From the NCBI GenBank assembly GCA_945947575.1, contig CAMEYM010000019.1, positions 578-64,577 on the forward strand: 64,000 nucleotides of DNA. The letters are read 5' to 3'. The notes under the pieces were generated by a model that had not been told where the DNA came from, did no database searches, and worked only from the letters and a program-made list of their open reading frames with translations. Both the position numbers and the translations under genes were made by a program. The DNA is from Rhizobium sp. Q54. Lineage in GTDB: Bacteria > Pseudomonadota > Alphaproteobacteria > UBA2966 > CAIVPW01. Below, piece after piece: positions 19,253 to 27,840 of this stretch (position 1 is the first letter of the stretch; each line of letters opens with the position of its first letter).

Positions 19253-20197
19253 TCAGGGCTTGAGCTTCTTGCGCGGGTCGTACGGGTGGCGCTTCTCCCA
19301 CTTGCTGAGCGCCTCCTCGACGTCGCCGTCGATCTCGTCGGGCAGGGTCACCAGGAGGCGCGCGACCTGGTTGCCGCCGTCCTTCTTGCCCTTGCGGCGA
19401 ATGCCTTGGCCTTTGAGACGCAGCAGCGTGCCGGTATTGGAGCCGGGCGGGATGTTGAGCGTCACCGTGCCGTGCACCGTCGGCACCTCGACCTTGGCGC
19501 CGCGCACCGCTTCGCCCACCGTCACCGGCAGGTCGATCTGGATGTCGTCGTCCTTGCGCGTGAAGAACGGGTGCGGTTTGACCGTCACGGCAATGCGCAG
19601 GTCCACGTCCTTGTCGCGCATGCGGATGGTCTGGCCGGATTCGATGCCGGGCGGGATCGACACGTCGAAGCTGCGGCCGTCCACCGTGATGCGCTTGGTG
19701 GCGCCGCGCGCGGCGTCCAAGAACTCGACCTCCATCTCGAACTCGCCGGAGGTGGAGGGCTCGGGTTGGGGCTGACGGAACGCACCGCCGGCACCGCCGC
19801 CACTGCGGAACGCCGAGAACAGGTCGTCGAAGTTGAAGCTCATGCCGAGGTCTTCGAAGCGCGGATCGCGCCCCTGGAAGCCCTGGAAGCCGCCCGGAAA
19901 TCCCTGGGGCTTGCCGCCCGGGCCCGCACCGGGCCCGGCGCCGGGGTGGAAGCCGGCGTGGACGCGCTCACGGCCATCGGCGTCGATCTCGCCCTTGTCG
20001 AAGCGCGCACGCTTCGCCTCTTCGCCGACGATGTCGTAGGCGGCGTTGATCTCCTTGAAGCGCTCCATCGCCGCCTTGTCGCCCGGCTTGCGGTCCGGGT
20101 GATTCTCTTTGGCGAGCGCGCGGTACTTCTTCTTGATGTCCGCGAGGCTCGCAGACCGCGGCACCCCTAGGACGTCGTAGGGATTGCGCATGCTCAC
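19253..20197 (-). CDS. J-domain co-chaperone lacking the zinc finger (CbpA/DnaJ-like)
   Basis: N-terminal J domain (YDVLGVPRSASLADIKKKYRALAKENHPDR) and Gly-rich linker. C-terminal DnaJ substrate-binding domains without the CxxCxGxG repeats. Confidence 0.8.
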   Translation of the reverse strand: MSMRNPYDVLGVPRSASLADIKKKYRALAKENHPDRKPGDKAAMERFKEINAAYDIVGEEAKRARFDKGEIDADGRERVHAGFHPGAGPGAGPGGKPQGFPGGFQGFQGRDPRFEDLGMSFNFDDLFSAFRSGGGAGGAFRQPQPEPSTSGEFEMEVEFLDAARGATKRITVDGRSFDVSIPPGIESGQTIRMRDKDVDLRIAVTVKPHPFFTRKDDDIQIDLPVTVGEAVRGAKVEVPTVHGTVTLNIPPGSNTGTLLRLKGQGIRRKGKKDGGNQVARLLVTLPDEIDGDVEEALSKWEKRHPYDPRKKLKP

Positions 20198-20308
20198 AAC
20201 TCCCGCTCGCGACTCTTGCTTTGCAGTTGTTTTACCAAGGTTCCACGCCAGTTTGTGTGGATTGATTTGGTGCGGGCCACGCCCGCGACAAGAGGGTCGG
20301 GGCCAAGG

Positions 20309-21478
20309 TCAGGGTACTCCCGTAGGGCGCCGCGCGGAGGTCCGGGCTGCGACGAGGCGCGTCGCCCGCTCGAACTGCTCCGGATCGAGCCGCGCCCCGG
20401 TGGCCTCCACAGCAGCGACGGCGCCGACATGGCCCTGGATGGCGGCCAGGGCCAGCCAGGCGACGGCCTCGGCCGGGTCCGCCGGGACGCCCATGCCGGC
20501 CTCGTACATGCGGCCGACCAGGAATTGGGATTCGGCGTCCCCGGCGATCGCCGCGGGCAACAAAGCCGTCATGGCGACGCCGCCGTCGCCGCGCTCGAAG
20601 GCGGCACGGCCGCGCACCAGCCGGTCGGCCGCCGCGATGCGATTGAAACCCGTGAGCGCCTCGGCGGCCTCGGCCAACAGGATGGCGGGTACGGGTGGCG
20701 TCAGGACGCCGAGGGTCGGCAGGGCCGGCGGCCCCGGTGCAGCGCCCGGCGACGCGGCGAGCCCGTCGAGGGCCGCCGCCTGCGTCAGCGCCGCGACCTC
20801 GACGTCATTGCCGACGCCGGTCAGGCCGCGCACGATCGCCCAGCTCAGTTGCACCGCCATGCGCGACTCGCGCGTCGGCGCCGGTGCGCGGGCGTCGGCG
20901 AGGCGGTTGCGAATCTGCGTGATGCGCGCGACGGCGGTGCTCTGTCCGTTTTCGGCGGCGAGCACGAACCAGCCGAGCGCCGTGCGGTCGTCCTGCTCGA
21001 CGCCGATACCGCGCTCATACAGCAGTCCAAGATTGAGTTGGGCGGGGCCATAGCCTTGTGCGGCCGCGCGCGTCAGCCACGCGCCCGCCGCGACGTAGTC
21101 GGACGGCAGGCCATCGCCGGCGAGATACATCATGGCGACCGAATTGGCCGCCGGCGCGTTGCCGGCCTCGGCCGCCAGCCGGTACCAGTAGAACGCGGCG
21201 CCGAGGTCGAGCGTGACGCCGCGCCCGGTCTGGTGCAGCAATCCGAGATTGCGCTGGGCCTCGACGTCGCCGCTTTGTGCGAGCGGCAGCCACGCGGCGT
21301 AGGCCGTGGCGAACTCGCCGGCTTCAAATGCCGCGACCCCGGCATTGTAGGCGGACGTCTCGTCCGCCGATGCCGGGGTCGCGATAAACAGCGCCACGAT
21401 CGTGAGCGCGGTACCAAGCCCAAAGGACTTACTCGTCCGCGCCCAGGTCGCAACTCGACTGGGGCGGGTCGTCATCAT
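20309..21478 (-). CDS. Sel1-like repeat (TPR-family) secreted protein
   Basis: Signal peptide (ALTIVALFIATPASA), then multiple Sel1 repeats (AQRNLGLLHQTGRGVTLD..., AAANSVAMMYLAGDGLPSDY, AQLNLGLLYERGIGVEQD). Confidence 0.8.
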   Translation of the reverse strand: MMTTRPSRVATWARTSKSFGLGTALTIVALFIATPASADETSAYNAGVAAFEAGEFATAYAAWLPLAQSGDVEAQRNLGLLHQTGRGVTLDLGAAFYWYRLAAEAGNAPAANSVAMMYLAGDGLPSDYVAAGAWLTRAAAQGYGPAQLNLGLLYERGIGVEQDDRTALGWFVLAAENGQSTAVARITQIRNRLADARAPAPTRESRMAVQLSWAIVRGLTGVGNDVEVAALTQAAALDGLAASPGAAPGPPALPTLGVLTPPVPAILLAEAAEALTGFNRIAAADRLVRGRAAFERGDGGVAMTALLPAAIAGDAESQFLVGRMYEAGMGVPADPAEAVAWLALAAIQGHVGAVAAVEATGARLDPEQFERATRLVAARTSARRPTGVP

Positions 21479-21529
21479 GATTCGATCAGATGCGGAAGCT
21501 CGCCGTTGACCGTCGTACTACTGGATCTT

Positions 21530-21988
21530 CTACGCGCCGTCCGGCTGACGGCACGCGGTGCCATAAGCCTCCTGCGTCTGGCCACCGACGGTGACCGTCT
21601 GCTGGTACTCACGGCAATAGGTGCCGGCACGCGGCTCCGTCGTGTTCAGCGGCGTGATCGTGCCGTAGTGCCCGTTGTCCGGGTTACGCCACGTCGTCGT
21701 CGTGTTGCGTGGAGTTTCGTTCAGTGCATGTTCGGTCGTCTGAGACATCAGACGGCGATCTACCGCATCCATCGAACGGCCAAGTTCACCGCCGACCGCG
21801 GCACCAAGCAGGGTGCCGACGCCGACGGCCGCGAGCTGGCCGGTACCGCGTCCAAATTGCGCGCCGGCGAGACCGCCGGCGATGGCGCCAAGAATGGTGC
21901 CCGCCTGCTGGTTTTCGCCGCCGCTGCAGCCAGCGAGCGTCGCGGTCATCAGCACCGCGGCCGTGGCTGCCTTCAGGGTGTGCTTCAC
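21530..21988 (-). CDS. glycine-zipper outer-membrane lipoprotein (17-kDa surface antigen / SlyB-Pcp-like)
   Basis: Lipobox LAGC after the signal peptide (VKHTLKAATAAVLMTATLAGC). Glycine-zipper GAIAGGLAGAQFGRGTGQLAAVGVGTLLGAAVGG. GTG start with AGAGG RBS preferred; upstream ATGs at 22018 and 22108 are alternatives. Confidence 0.7.
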   Translation of the reverse strand: MKHTLKAATAAVLMTATLAGCSGGENQQAGTILGAIAGGLAGAQFGRGTGQLAAVGVGTLLGAAVGGELGRSMDAVDRRLMSQTTEHALNETPRNTTTTWRNPDNGHYGTITPLNTTEPRAGTYCREYQQTVTVGGQTQEAYGTACRQPDGA

Positions 21989-22164
21989 GGAATTGCCTCT
22001 ACGATTTGGGTTAGTCATCCCCCGAGGCGATAATAGCGCGGCTTGCGGTTTCCGGCACCCTAACGCCGTGCCGTGGGTTAGGCCGTGGGTTAGTGCGTCA
22101 CCGGCCAAAGCATGTACAATTCCGCCTTCTTCCCGCCCACTTTCTTACCGAACTGGCACTGATC

Positions 22165-22755
22165 ATGGCGCAAGCGGAAGCCGCCGATCCCATTGCGCTG
22201 TTCGCGACCTGGATGGCCGAGGCCGAGAAGGCCGATCCCATCAATCCGAACGCCGCCGCGCTCGCCACGGCGGACGCGGCCGGCGTGCCGTCGGTGCGCA
22301 TGGTGCTGCTCAAGGGCTTCGATGCGCGCGGGTTCGCCTTCTATACGAACCTCGAGAGCCAGAAGGGCGGCGAGCTTGCCGCCAACCCCAACGCCGCGAT
22401 GTGCTTCTTCTGGCGGCCCCTTGGCCGCCAGGTGCGGGTCGCCGGGCCGGTGGAAGCCGTGACGGCGGCCGAGGCCGACGAGTACTTCCAAAGCCGTCCG
22501 CGCGCCTCGCGCATCGGCGCGTGGGCGTCGCAGCAGTCGCGGCGGCTGACCGCCCGCTTCGAGCTCGAACGGGCGGTGGCCGCCTTTACGGCCAAGTACG
22601 CGGTCGGCGAGGTGCCCCGCCCCGGGTACTGGTCGGGCTTCCGCATCGTACCGCGCTCGATCGAATTCTGGCGCGAGCGGCCCTTCCGTCTGCATGAGCG
22701 CGTGGTATATCGACGCACGCTAGGCGGATGGCAAACCGAGGAACTCTTCCCGTGA
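22165..22755 (+). CDS. pdxH: pyridoxamine 5'-phosphate oxidase
   Basis: PNPOx motifs: [56 protein letters not shown]. 196 aa from ATG 22165. Confidence 0.9.
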   Translation: MAQAEAADPIALFATWMAEAEKADPINPNAAALATADAAGVPSVRMVLLKGFDARGFAFYTNLESQKGGELAANPNAAMCFFWRPLGRQVRVAGPVEAVTAAEADEYFQSRPRASRIGAWASQQSRRLTARFELERAVAAFTAKYAVGEVPRPGYWSGFRIVPRSIEFWRERPFRLHERVVYRRTLGGWQTEELFP

Positions 22756-23726
22756 CGACGGACAGCGCCCCCTTGTCTGCGAACACTTCGCAACCCGCAC
22801 CCGGCGCGGTGCCAACCAAGCGGCTGACCGCAGGCACGACCGAAGCGCATCTGGTGCGCAGCGCGAGCTACGCGTCGTTCGTGGTCGCCGTGATCCTGAT
22901 CGTCACCAAGCTGATGGCGTGGCGCATGACCGGATCGGTGTCGCTGCTCGGCTCGTTGCTCGATTCGAGCCTCGACCTGATGGCGTCAACCATCGGCATG
23001 TTCGCCGTGCGCCAGGCGTTGGTGCCGGCCGACCGCGAGCACCGCTTCGGCCACGGCAAAGCCGAGGCTCTGGCGGCGCTCGGACAGGGGCTGTTCGTTG
23101 GCGCATCCGCGGTGGCGTTGCTGTTCGAGGCGGGCCACCGGATCATCATGCCGCGCTTCGTCGATGCCGGCGGCTGGGCGGTGGCCGTGATGGCGCTGTC
23201 GTTGGTGCTGACGATCATCCTGGTCCGCTATCAGCGGTTCGTCGTCGAGCGCACCGGCTCCGTGGCGATCTCCGCCGATTCGCTGCACTACTCCACCGAC
23301 ATCCTCATCAACGGCACCATCCTGGTCGGCCTCGCGGCCGTCGCGGGTCTTGGCTGGACGCTGCTCGATCCGCTGCTCGCCATCGCCGTGGCGATCTACT
23401 TGTTCTATTCGGCCTGGCGGATCGCCAAGGTTTCGTTCGACCACCTGATGGACCGCGAGTTGGACGACGCGACGCGCAAGACGATCCGCGAGATCGTCCT
23501 GTCGCACAAAGAGGTGCGCGCCATGCACGACCTGCGCACGCGCTCGTCCGGCATGCAGTCGTTCATCCAGTTCCACCTTGAGCTCGATGGCAACCTCACC
23601 CTATTGCAGGCGCATCGCATCTCGGACGAGGTCGAGCACATGGTGAACGCCAAGTTTCCCGCCGCCGAGGTTCTCATCCACGAGGATCCGGCCGGCCTCC
23701 GCGAACCGCGCCTCAGCTTCGCGTGA
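22728..23726 (+). CDS. cation diffusion facilitator (CDF) family transporter
   Basis: CDF signature around TM2 ([16 protein letters not shown]), [14 protein letters not shown], cytoplasmic C-terminal domain. Start is either ATG 22728 or GTG 22752 overlapping the pdxH stop. Confidence 0.85.
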   Translation: MANRGTLPVTTDSAPLSANTSQPAPGAVPTKRLTAGTTEAHLVRSASYASFVVAVILIVTKLMAWRMTGSVSLLGSLLDSSLDLMASTIGMFAVRQALVPADREHRFGHGKAEALAALGQGLFVGASAVALLFEAGHRIIMPRFVDAGGWAVAVMALSLVLTIILVRYQRFVVERTGSVAISADSLHYSTDILINGTILVGLAAVAGLGWTLLDPLLAIAVAIYLFYSAWRIAKVSFDHLMDRELDDATRKTIREIVLSHKEVRAMHDLRTRSSGMQSFIQFHLELDGNLTLLQAHRISDEVEHMVNAKFPAAEVLIHEDPAGLREPRLSFA

Positions 23727-23755
23727 GCTGGGCCTGCTGACCGGCGGCGGCGCCG

Positions 23756-25288
23756 TTGCCGGAGTCTCAGGCCGAGGTCATCGCGTTCCTCTCTGATCCC
23801 GCGACTCACGCGGGGCGGCCCGTCCAGCGCTTCGACACGCACGCGTCCGTCGTGTTCCTGGCGGGTGGCGACGCGCTCAAGCTGAAGCGGGCCGTGCGCT
23901 ACCCGTATCTCGACTTCTCCACCGTCGAAAAACGCCACGCGGCGGCGTTGGCCGAGCTCGCCGCGAACCGCGCGGCCGCGCCGCAGATCTACCTTGGGCT
24001 GCTGGCGGTGACACGCGCCCCCAGCGGCGCGCTGCAGCTCGGCGGCGATGGCCCGGCCATCGACTGGCTGGTGCACATGCGCCGCTTCGACGAGAACTCG
24101 ACGTTCGATGCTCTCGCGGCGCGCGGCGAGCTCACGGCCGACCGCATCGACCGCACCGCCGATGCCATCGCAGCGCTGCATGCCGTTGCGCCGGTGCGGC
24201 GGGAGGCGTCCGCATCGGCCTCGGCAGCCGAGCTTGCTGCCGAGAATGCCGCGCTGCTGGCGGCCGCGCCCAGCGGTGCGCTGGATCCGGTACAGGTCGG
24301 CGAGTTGCGCCGGCGCACGCAGGCGGCGGTTCAGTCCGTCGCACCGTTGCTGGATCGCCGGCGGGCGGACGGCACCGTGCGGCGCGGCCACGGCGACCTG
24401 CACCTGCGCAATGTGTGCCTGGCCGATGGCGTGCCGACCCTCTTCGATGCCCTGGAGTTCGACGAGCGCCTCGCCACCACGGACGTCCTGTATGACGTCG
24501 CCTTCCTGCTCATGGACCTTTGGCACCGCGGCCTGCGCGACCTCGCCAATCGTCTGCTGAACCGTTACCTCGAGCGCACCCGCGACCTCGATGGCCTGGC
24601 GGCGCTGCCGTTGTTCCTGTCGCTGCGCGCCACGATCCGCGCCCATGTCGCGCTGGCAGCGGGCGGGCAGGGCGTCGATGCCGCTGGCGCCGTGCGGGAG
24701 GCGCGCTCCTACCTCGGCCTTGCGGTCGAGTTGCTCGCCTCCGCGCCACCCATGCTCGTGGCGATCGGCGGCTGGTCGGGCACCGGCAAGACGACCCAGG
24801 CGCGCCTGCTCGCACCCGCCATCGGACGGCCGCCGGGTGCCGTCATCCTGCGCAGCGACGTGACGCGCAAGCGCCTCTTGGGTGCGCCCGAGCTGCGGCG
24901 CCTGGGGCCCGAGGGCTACGTCGCGCCGGTGACCGAGCGGGTCTACGCAGAACTGGTACGCGACGCCGGCCGCTGCCTGCGCGGTGGCCAGGCCGTGATC
25001 CTCGACGCGGTCAGCGCCCGGCCGGCCGAGCGCGCCGCCTTCGCCGCAGCCGCGGCGGCACTACAGGTGCCGTTCCGGGGGTTCTGGCTGGAGGCCGGCA
25101 CCGCCGCGCGCGTCGATCGCGTTGACGGGCGGCGTGGCGATGCTTCGGACGCCGACGCAGCGCTGGCGCGCCGGCAAGAGTCGTTCGATCCAGGTCCGAT
25201 CGAATGGCAGCGCATCGATGCCGCCGGCGAACCAACCCGAATCGCTGCCGGCATTGCAGCGCGTCTTAAGGCCGAGCCCAAGCCATGA
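23756..25288 (+). CDS. bifunctional aminoglycoside-phosphotransferase-like kinase / P-loop ATP-binding protein
   Basis: N-terminal APH/ePK-like domain with Brenner motif HGDLHLRN and DFD-like FDALEFDE. C-terminal Walker A GGWSGTGKTT (gluconate/adenylyl-sulfate-kinase-like P-loop). 510 aa. Its stop overlaps the hpt start. Confidence 0.7.
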   Translation: MPESQAEVIAFLSDPATHAGRPVQRFDTHASVVFLAGGDALKLKRAVRYPYLDFSTVEKRHAAALAELAANRAAAPQIYLGLLAVTRAPSGALQLGGDGPAIDWLVHMRRFDENSTFDALAARGELTADRIDRTADAIAALHAVAPVRREASASASAAELAAENAALLAAAPSGALDPVQVGELRRRTQAAVQSVAPLLDRRRADGTVRRGHGDLHLRNVCLADGVPTLFDALEFDERLATTDVLYDVAFLLMDLWHRGLRDLANRLLNRYLERTRDLDGLAALPLFLSLRATIRAHVALAAGGQGVDAAGAVREARSYLGLAVELLASAPPMLVAIGGWSGTGKTTQARLLAPAIGRPPGAVILRSDVTRKRLLGAPELRRLGPEGYVAPVTERVYAELVRDAGRCLRGGQAVILDAVSARPAERAAFAAAAAALQVPFRGFWLEAGTAARVDRVDGRRGDASDADAALARRQESFDPGPIEWQRIDAAGEPTRIAAGIAARLKAEPKP

Positions 25289-25818
25289 CGCTGACCGTTC
25301 TCCATGACGAGCACGCCATTGCCGGGCGCGTCGCCGACCTGGCACAGCGCATCGCCGCCAGCGTGCCCGCGGACCTTCTCATCGTCGGCGTCCTCAAGGG
25401 CGCCTTCGTGTTCGTCGCCGACCTGGTGCGCGCCCTGGATCGCCTCGGCGTCACGCCCGAGGTCGAGTTCATGCGCCTTTCCAGCTACGGGCGCTCGCGC
25501 GAGAGCGCCGGCAGCGTCCGCTTGCTCGGCGAGCCGCCGGCCGCTATTTCCGGCCGCACGGTGCTGGTGGTCGATGACATCGCCGACACAGGCGTATCAT
25601 TGGACTTCGCGCGCCGGTTCTTCGCCGAGCGCGGCGCGGCGCGCGTGATGACCTGCGTTCTGCTCGACAAGCCGAGCCGCCGTCGTGTCGCCTTCGTGCC
25701 GGAGTTCGTCGGCTTCGCCGTCGCCGACGTGTTCGTCGTCGGATATGGCCTCGACGATGCGGAACGCTACCGGCACCTGCCGTACCTCGCCACGGTCGAC
25801 GGGGACGCCAACAGGTAG
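25285..25818 (+). CDS. hpt: hypoxanthine phosphoribosyltransferase
   Basis: PRTase motif VLVVDDIADTGVSL plus a flexible-loop region. 177 aa. ATGA overlap with the upstream gene. Confidence 0.9.
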   Translation: MTLTVLHDEHAIAGRVADLAQRIAASVPADLLIVGVLKGAFVFVADLVRALDRLGVTPEVEFMRLSSYGRSRESAGSVRLLGEPPAAISGRTVLVVDDIADTGVSLDFARRFFAERGAARVMTCVLLDKPSRRRVAFVPEFVGFAVADVFVVGYGLDDAERYRHLPYLATVDGDANR

Positions 25819-25997
25819 GGCCAAGTATCGCCGACAGTCTTCAAGCTGGAGATTGGCGGCAGTACTGTTGCTCTTCTGTCGCGCCGCGCAACAAAATGGT
25901 CAAGAAACGCGGCCTCCGAGCAACGGAAAGAAGAAATTTTCCGCTTTCTTGAAATTCGCGTTGAAACCACCGGAGGGCCGTACTTATCCTTCGAGGT

Positions 25998-27302
25998 ATG
26001 CAATATCGGGTAGTAGCATTCCTTTTGTTCGCCGCCCTGCCGGGCACGGTCCACGCCGCCATCACCGATGGCCTTGCCGCCCAGACCGGGCAGACCGCCG
26101 CCGGCGGCCAATACACACAGCAGTTCCAAGAGTGGATGCAGCGCGCCCAGGCGGGGGACGCCCGGTCGCAATACAACGTCGCTCTGATGTACGAAGGCGG
26201 GTTCGGCGTGAAGCAGGACTTCACCGAGGCGCTGCGCTGGTACCGCCTCGCCGCCGCCCAACAGCACGCGGATGCCGAGCGCTCGCTCGGCCTGATGCTC
26301 GAGTTCGGCCGCGGCGTCGAGCACAACCCCGTCGAGGCCTCCCGCTACTACTTGCTTTCCGCGCAGCACGGCAATGCCAAGGCTGCCTTCAACCTTGGCA
26401 ACTGCTATCGGCTGGGCGTCGGCGTGGAGCGCAACGACGCCGAGGCCGTGCGCTGGTATCTGGTCGCCGCCGAGGGCGGAGAAATCGATGGACAGGTCGC
26501 GGTCGGCGTGATGTACGGCTTGGGCCGCGGTGTCGCACGCGACATCGTCGAGGCCGTTAAGTGGTATCGCATCGCCGCCGAAGGCGGCGATGCCCGCGCC
26601 CAGTTCAATTTGGGTCTCAGCCACGAGCGCGGCGACGGTGTCCCGCAGGATTTCGGCGCAGCGTTGCGCTGGTACCGGGCTGCGGCCGAGCAGGGCGACG
26701 CCACCGGCTTGCGCGCTGTCGGTGTCATGTATGCGCTTGGCCGCGGCGTGACGCGCGATCCCGGCGAGGCCGCGCGCTGGTATCTCATGGCCGCCGAAAA
26801 GGGCGACCCGATCGCGCAGTTCAACCTGGCGGCAGCGTTCGAGACGGGCCGCGGCGTCGACCTGAATCAGGTGCAGGCCGTGCACTGGTACCGCAAGGCC
26901 GGCGAGCAGGGCATCGCCAACGCCCAGTACAACCTCGGCGTCGCCTACGAGTCGGGCACCATGGGCGTCACCAAGGATCTCGGCGAGGCCGTGCGCTGGT
27001 ACGGCAGGGCCGCCGATCAGGGCGATGTTGCGGCGATGGTCAAAGTGGCCGGCTTCTATGAAGCAGGCGTCGGCGTCGAGCGCGATCTCGAGCGCGCGGC
27101 ACGGTGGTTTGGCCTCGCCGCTGGACGCGGCGACTTGTTCGCCCTCGAGCGCCTCGGCGACGTGCTGTGGGCGATGGGGGACTTCGACGACGCGCGCGAA
27201 GCGTGGCGCCGCGCCGGTGGCATGACCACCGAGCAGGCCGCGGTGGCGCGCCTGCAGCGCAAGCAGGATTCGGGCCCGGAGGCGGCGGCGACCGTCAACT
27301 GA
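25998..27302 (+). CDS. Sel1-like repeat secreted protein (about 10 repeats)
   Basis: Signal peptide MQYRVVAFLLFAALPGTVHA, then reiterated Sel1 units (AQYNVALMYEGGFGVKQDFTEALRWYRLAA...). GAGG RBS. Confidence 0.85.
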   Translation: MQYRVVAFLLFAALPGTVHAAITDGLAAQTGQTAAGGQYTQQFQEWMQRAQAGDARSQYNVALMYEGGFGVKQDFTEALRWYRLAAAQQHADAERSLGLMLEFGRGVEHNPVEASRYYLLSAQHGNAKAAFNLGNCYRLGVGVERNDAEAVRWYLVAAEGGEIDGQVAVGVMYGLGRGVARDIVEAVKWYRIAAEGGDARAQFNLGLSHERGDGVPQDFGAALRWYRAAAEQGDATGLRAVGVMYALGRGVTRDPGEAARWYLMAAEKGDPIAQFNLAAAFETGRGVDLNQVQAVHWYRKAGEQGIANAQYNLGVAYESGTMGVTKDLGEAVRWYGRAADQGDVAAMVKVAGFYEAGVGVERDLERAARWFGLAAGRGDLFALERLGDVLWAMGDFDDAREAWRRAGGMTTEQAAVARLQRKQDSGPEAAATVN

Positions 27303-27475
27303 CGGCGCAGCGGCGGCAAACGCGCGCGGCTCAGGCCGCTCGCGCTGTTTGCAAGTCATTCGCATTCCCCTTGCTAAGTCCCTGCTTCCCCACCCATACT
27401 CGCCGCGAAACTGGGCGTTGGGCTAAGACCTCGGCATCGTGCGGGGCGGGCGCTCGGATCTTGGAGGCTCCTACA

Positions 27476-27721
27476 ATGAACAAGATGATTGCAGCCGTTC
27501 TCGCCGTGGGCATGATGATTTTCGCCGGCGTCGCTTCGGCGGCCGACGTTAAGGGCGCGATCACCGCGGTGAACGCCCAGGCCCGCACCGTCACCATCAG
27601 TGGCGTGACCTACACGTTCCCGGCCGCCGTCGACATGGCTGGCCTGGCCGTTGGTCAGACCGTCACCCTGGCCTACACCACCGCTGGCACCGTCAACACG
27701 GTGTCCAAGGTCACGAAGTAA
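27476..27721 (+). CDS. small secreted protein, DUF1344-like, paralog 1 of 4
   Basis: 81 aa. Signal peptide MNKMIAAVLAVGMMIFAGVASA. Mature region GAITAVNAQARTVTISGVTYTFPAAVDMAGLAVGQTVTLAYTTAGTVNTVSKV. GGAGG RBS. The family name is recalled from memory and has not been checked against an HMM. Confidence 0.7.
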   Translation: MNKMIAAVLAVGMMIFAGVASAADVKGAITAVNAQARTVTISGVTYTFPAAVDMAGLAVGQTVTLAYTTAGTVNTVSKVTK

Positions 27722-27782
27722 GCTCGTCGTCGCGCGGTACGCGCGCCCCGGTGGGGCGACGCGACGAACGCTTCTTCAAAAC

Positions 27783-27830
27783 GAACGGGCGCGCGGTTGG
27801 ACCGCGCGCCCGTTTTGTTTTTGCGGAAGC
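27783..27830. terminator. bidirectional Rho-independent terminator (perfect palindrome AACGGGCGCGCGGT-TGG-ACCGCGCGCCCGTT flanked by A- and T-runs)
   Basis: GC stem of 14 bp with TTTGTTTTT on the plus side and TTTTGAAGAAG on the minus side. Sits between convergent genes. Confidence 0.75.
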
Positions 27831-27840
27831 GGCGCGCCGC

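Noticed and set aside
18043-19263. 406-aa plus-strand ORF over fabI
   Set aside because: Antisense to fabI. No motifs.
23405-24646. 413-aa minus-strand ORF
   Set aside because: Antisense to the CDF transporter and APH-like kinase. Arg/Gly-rich.
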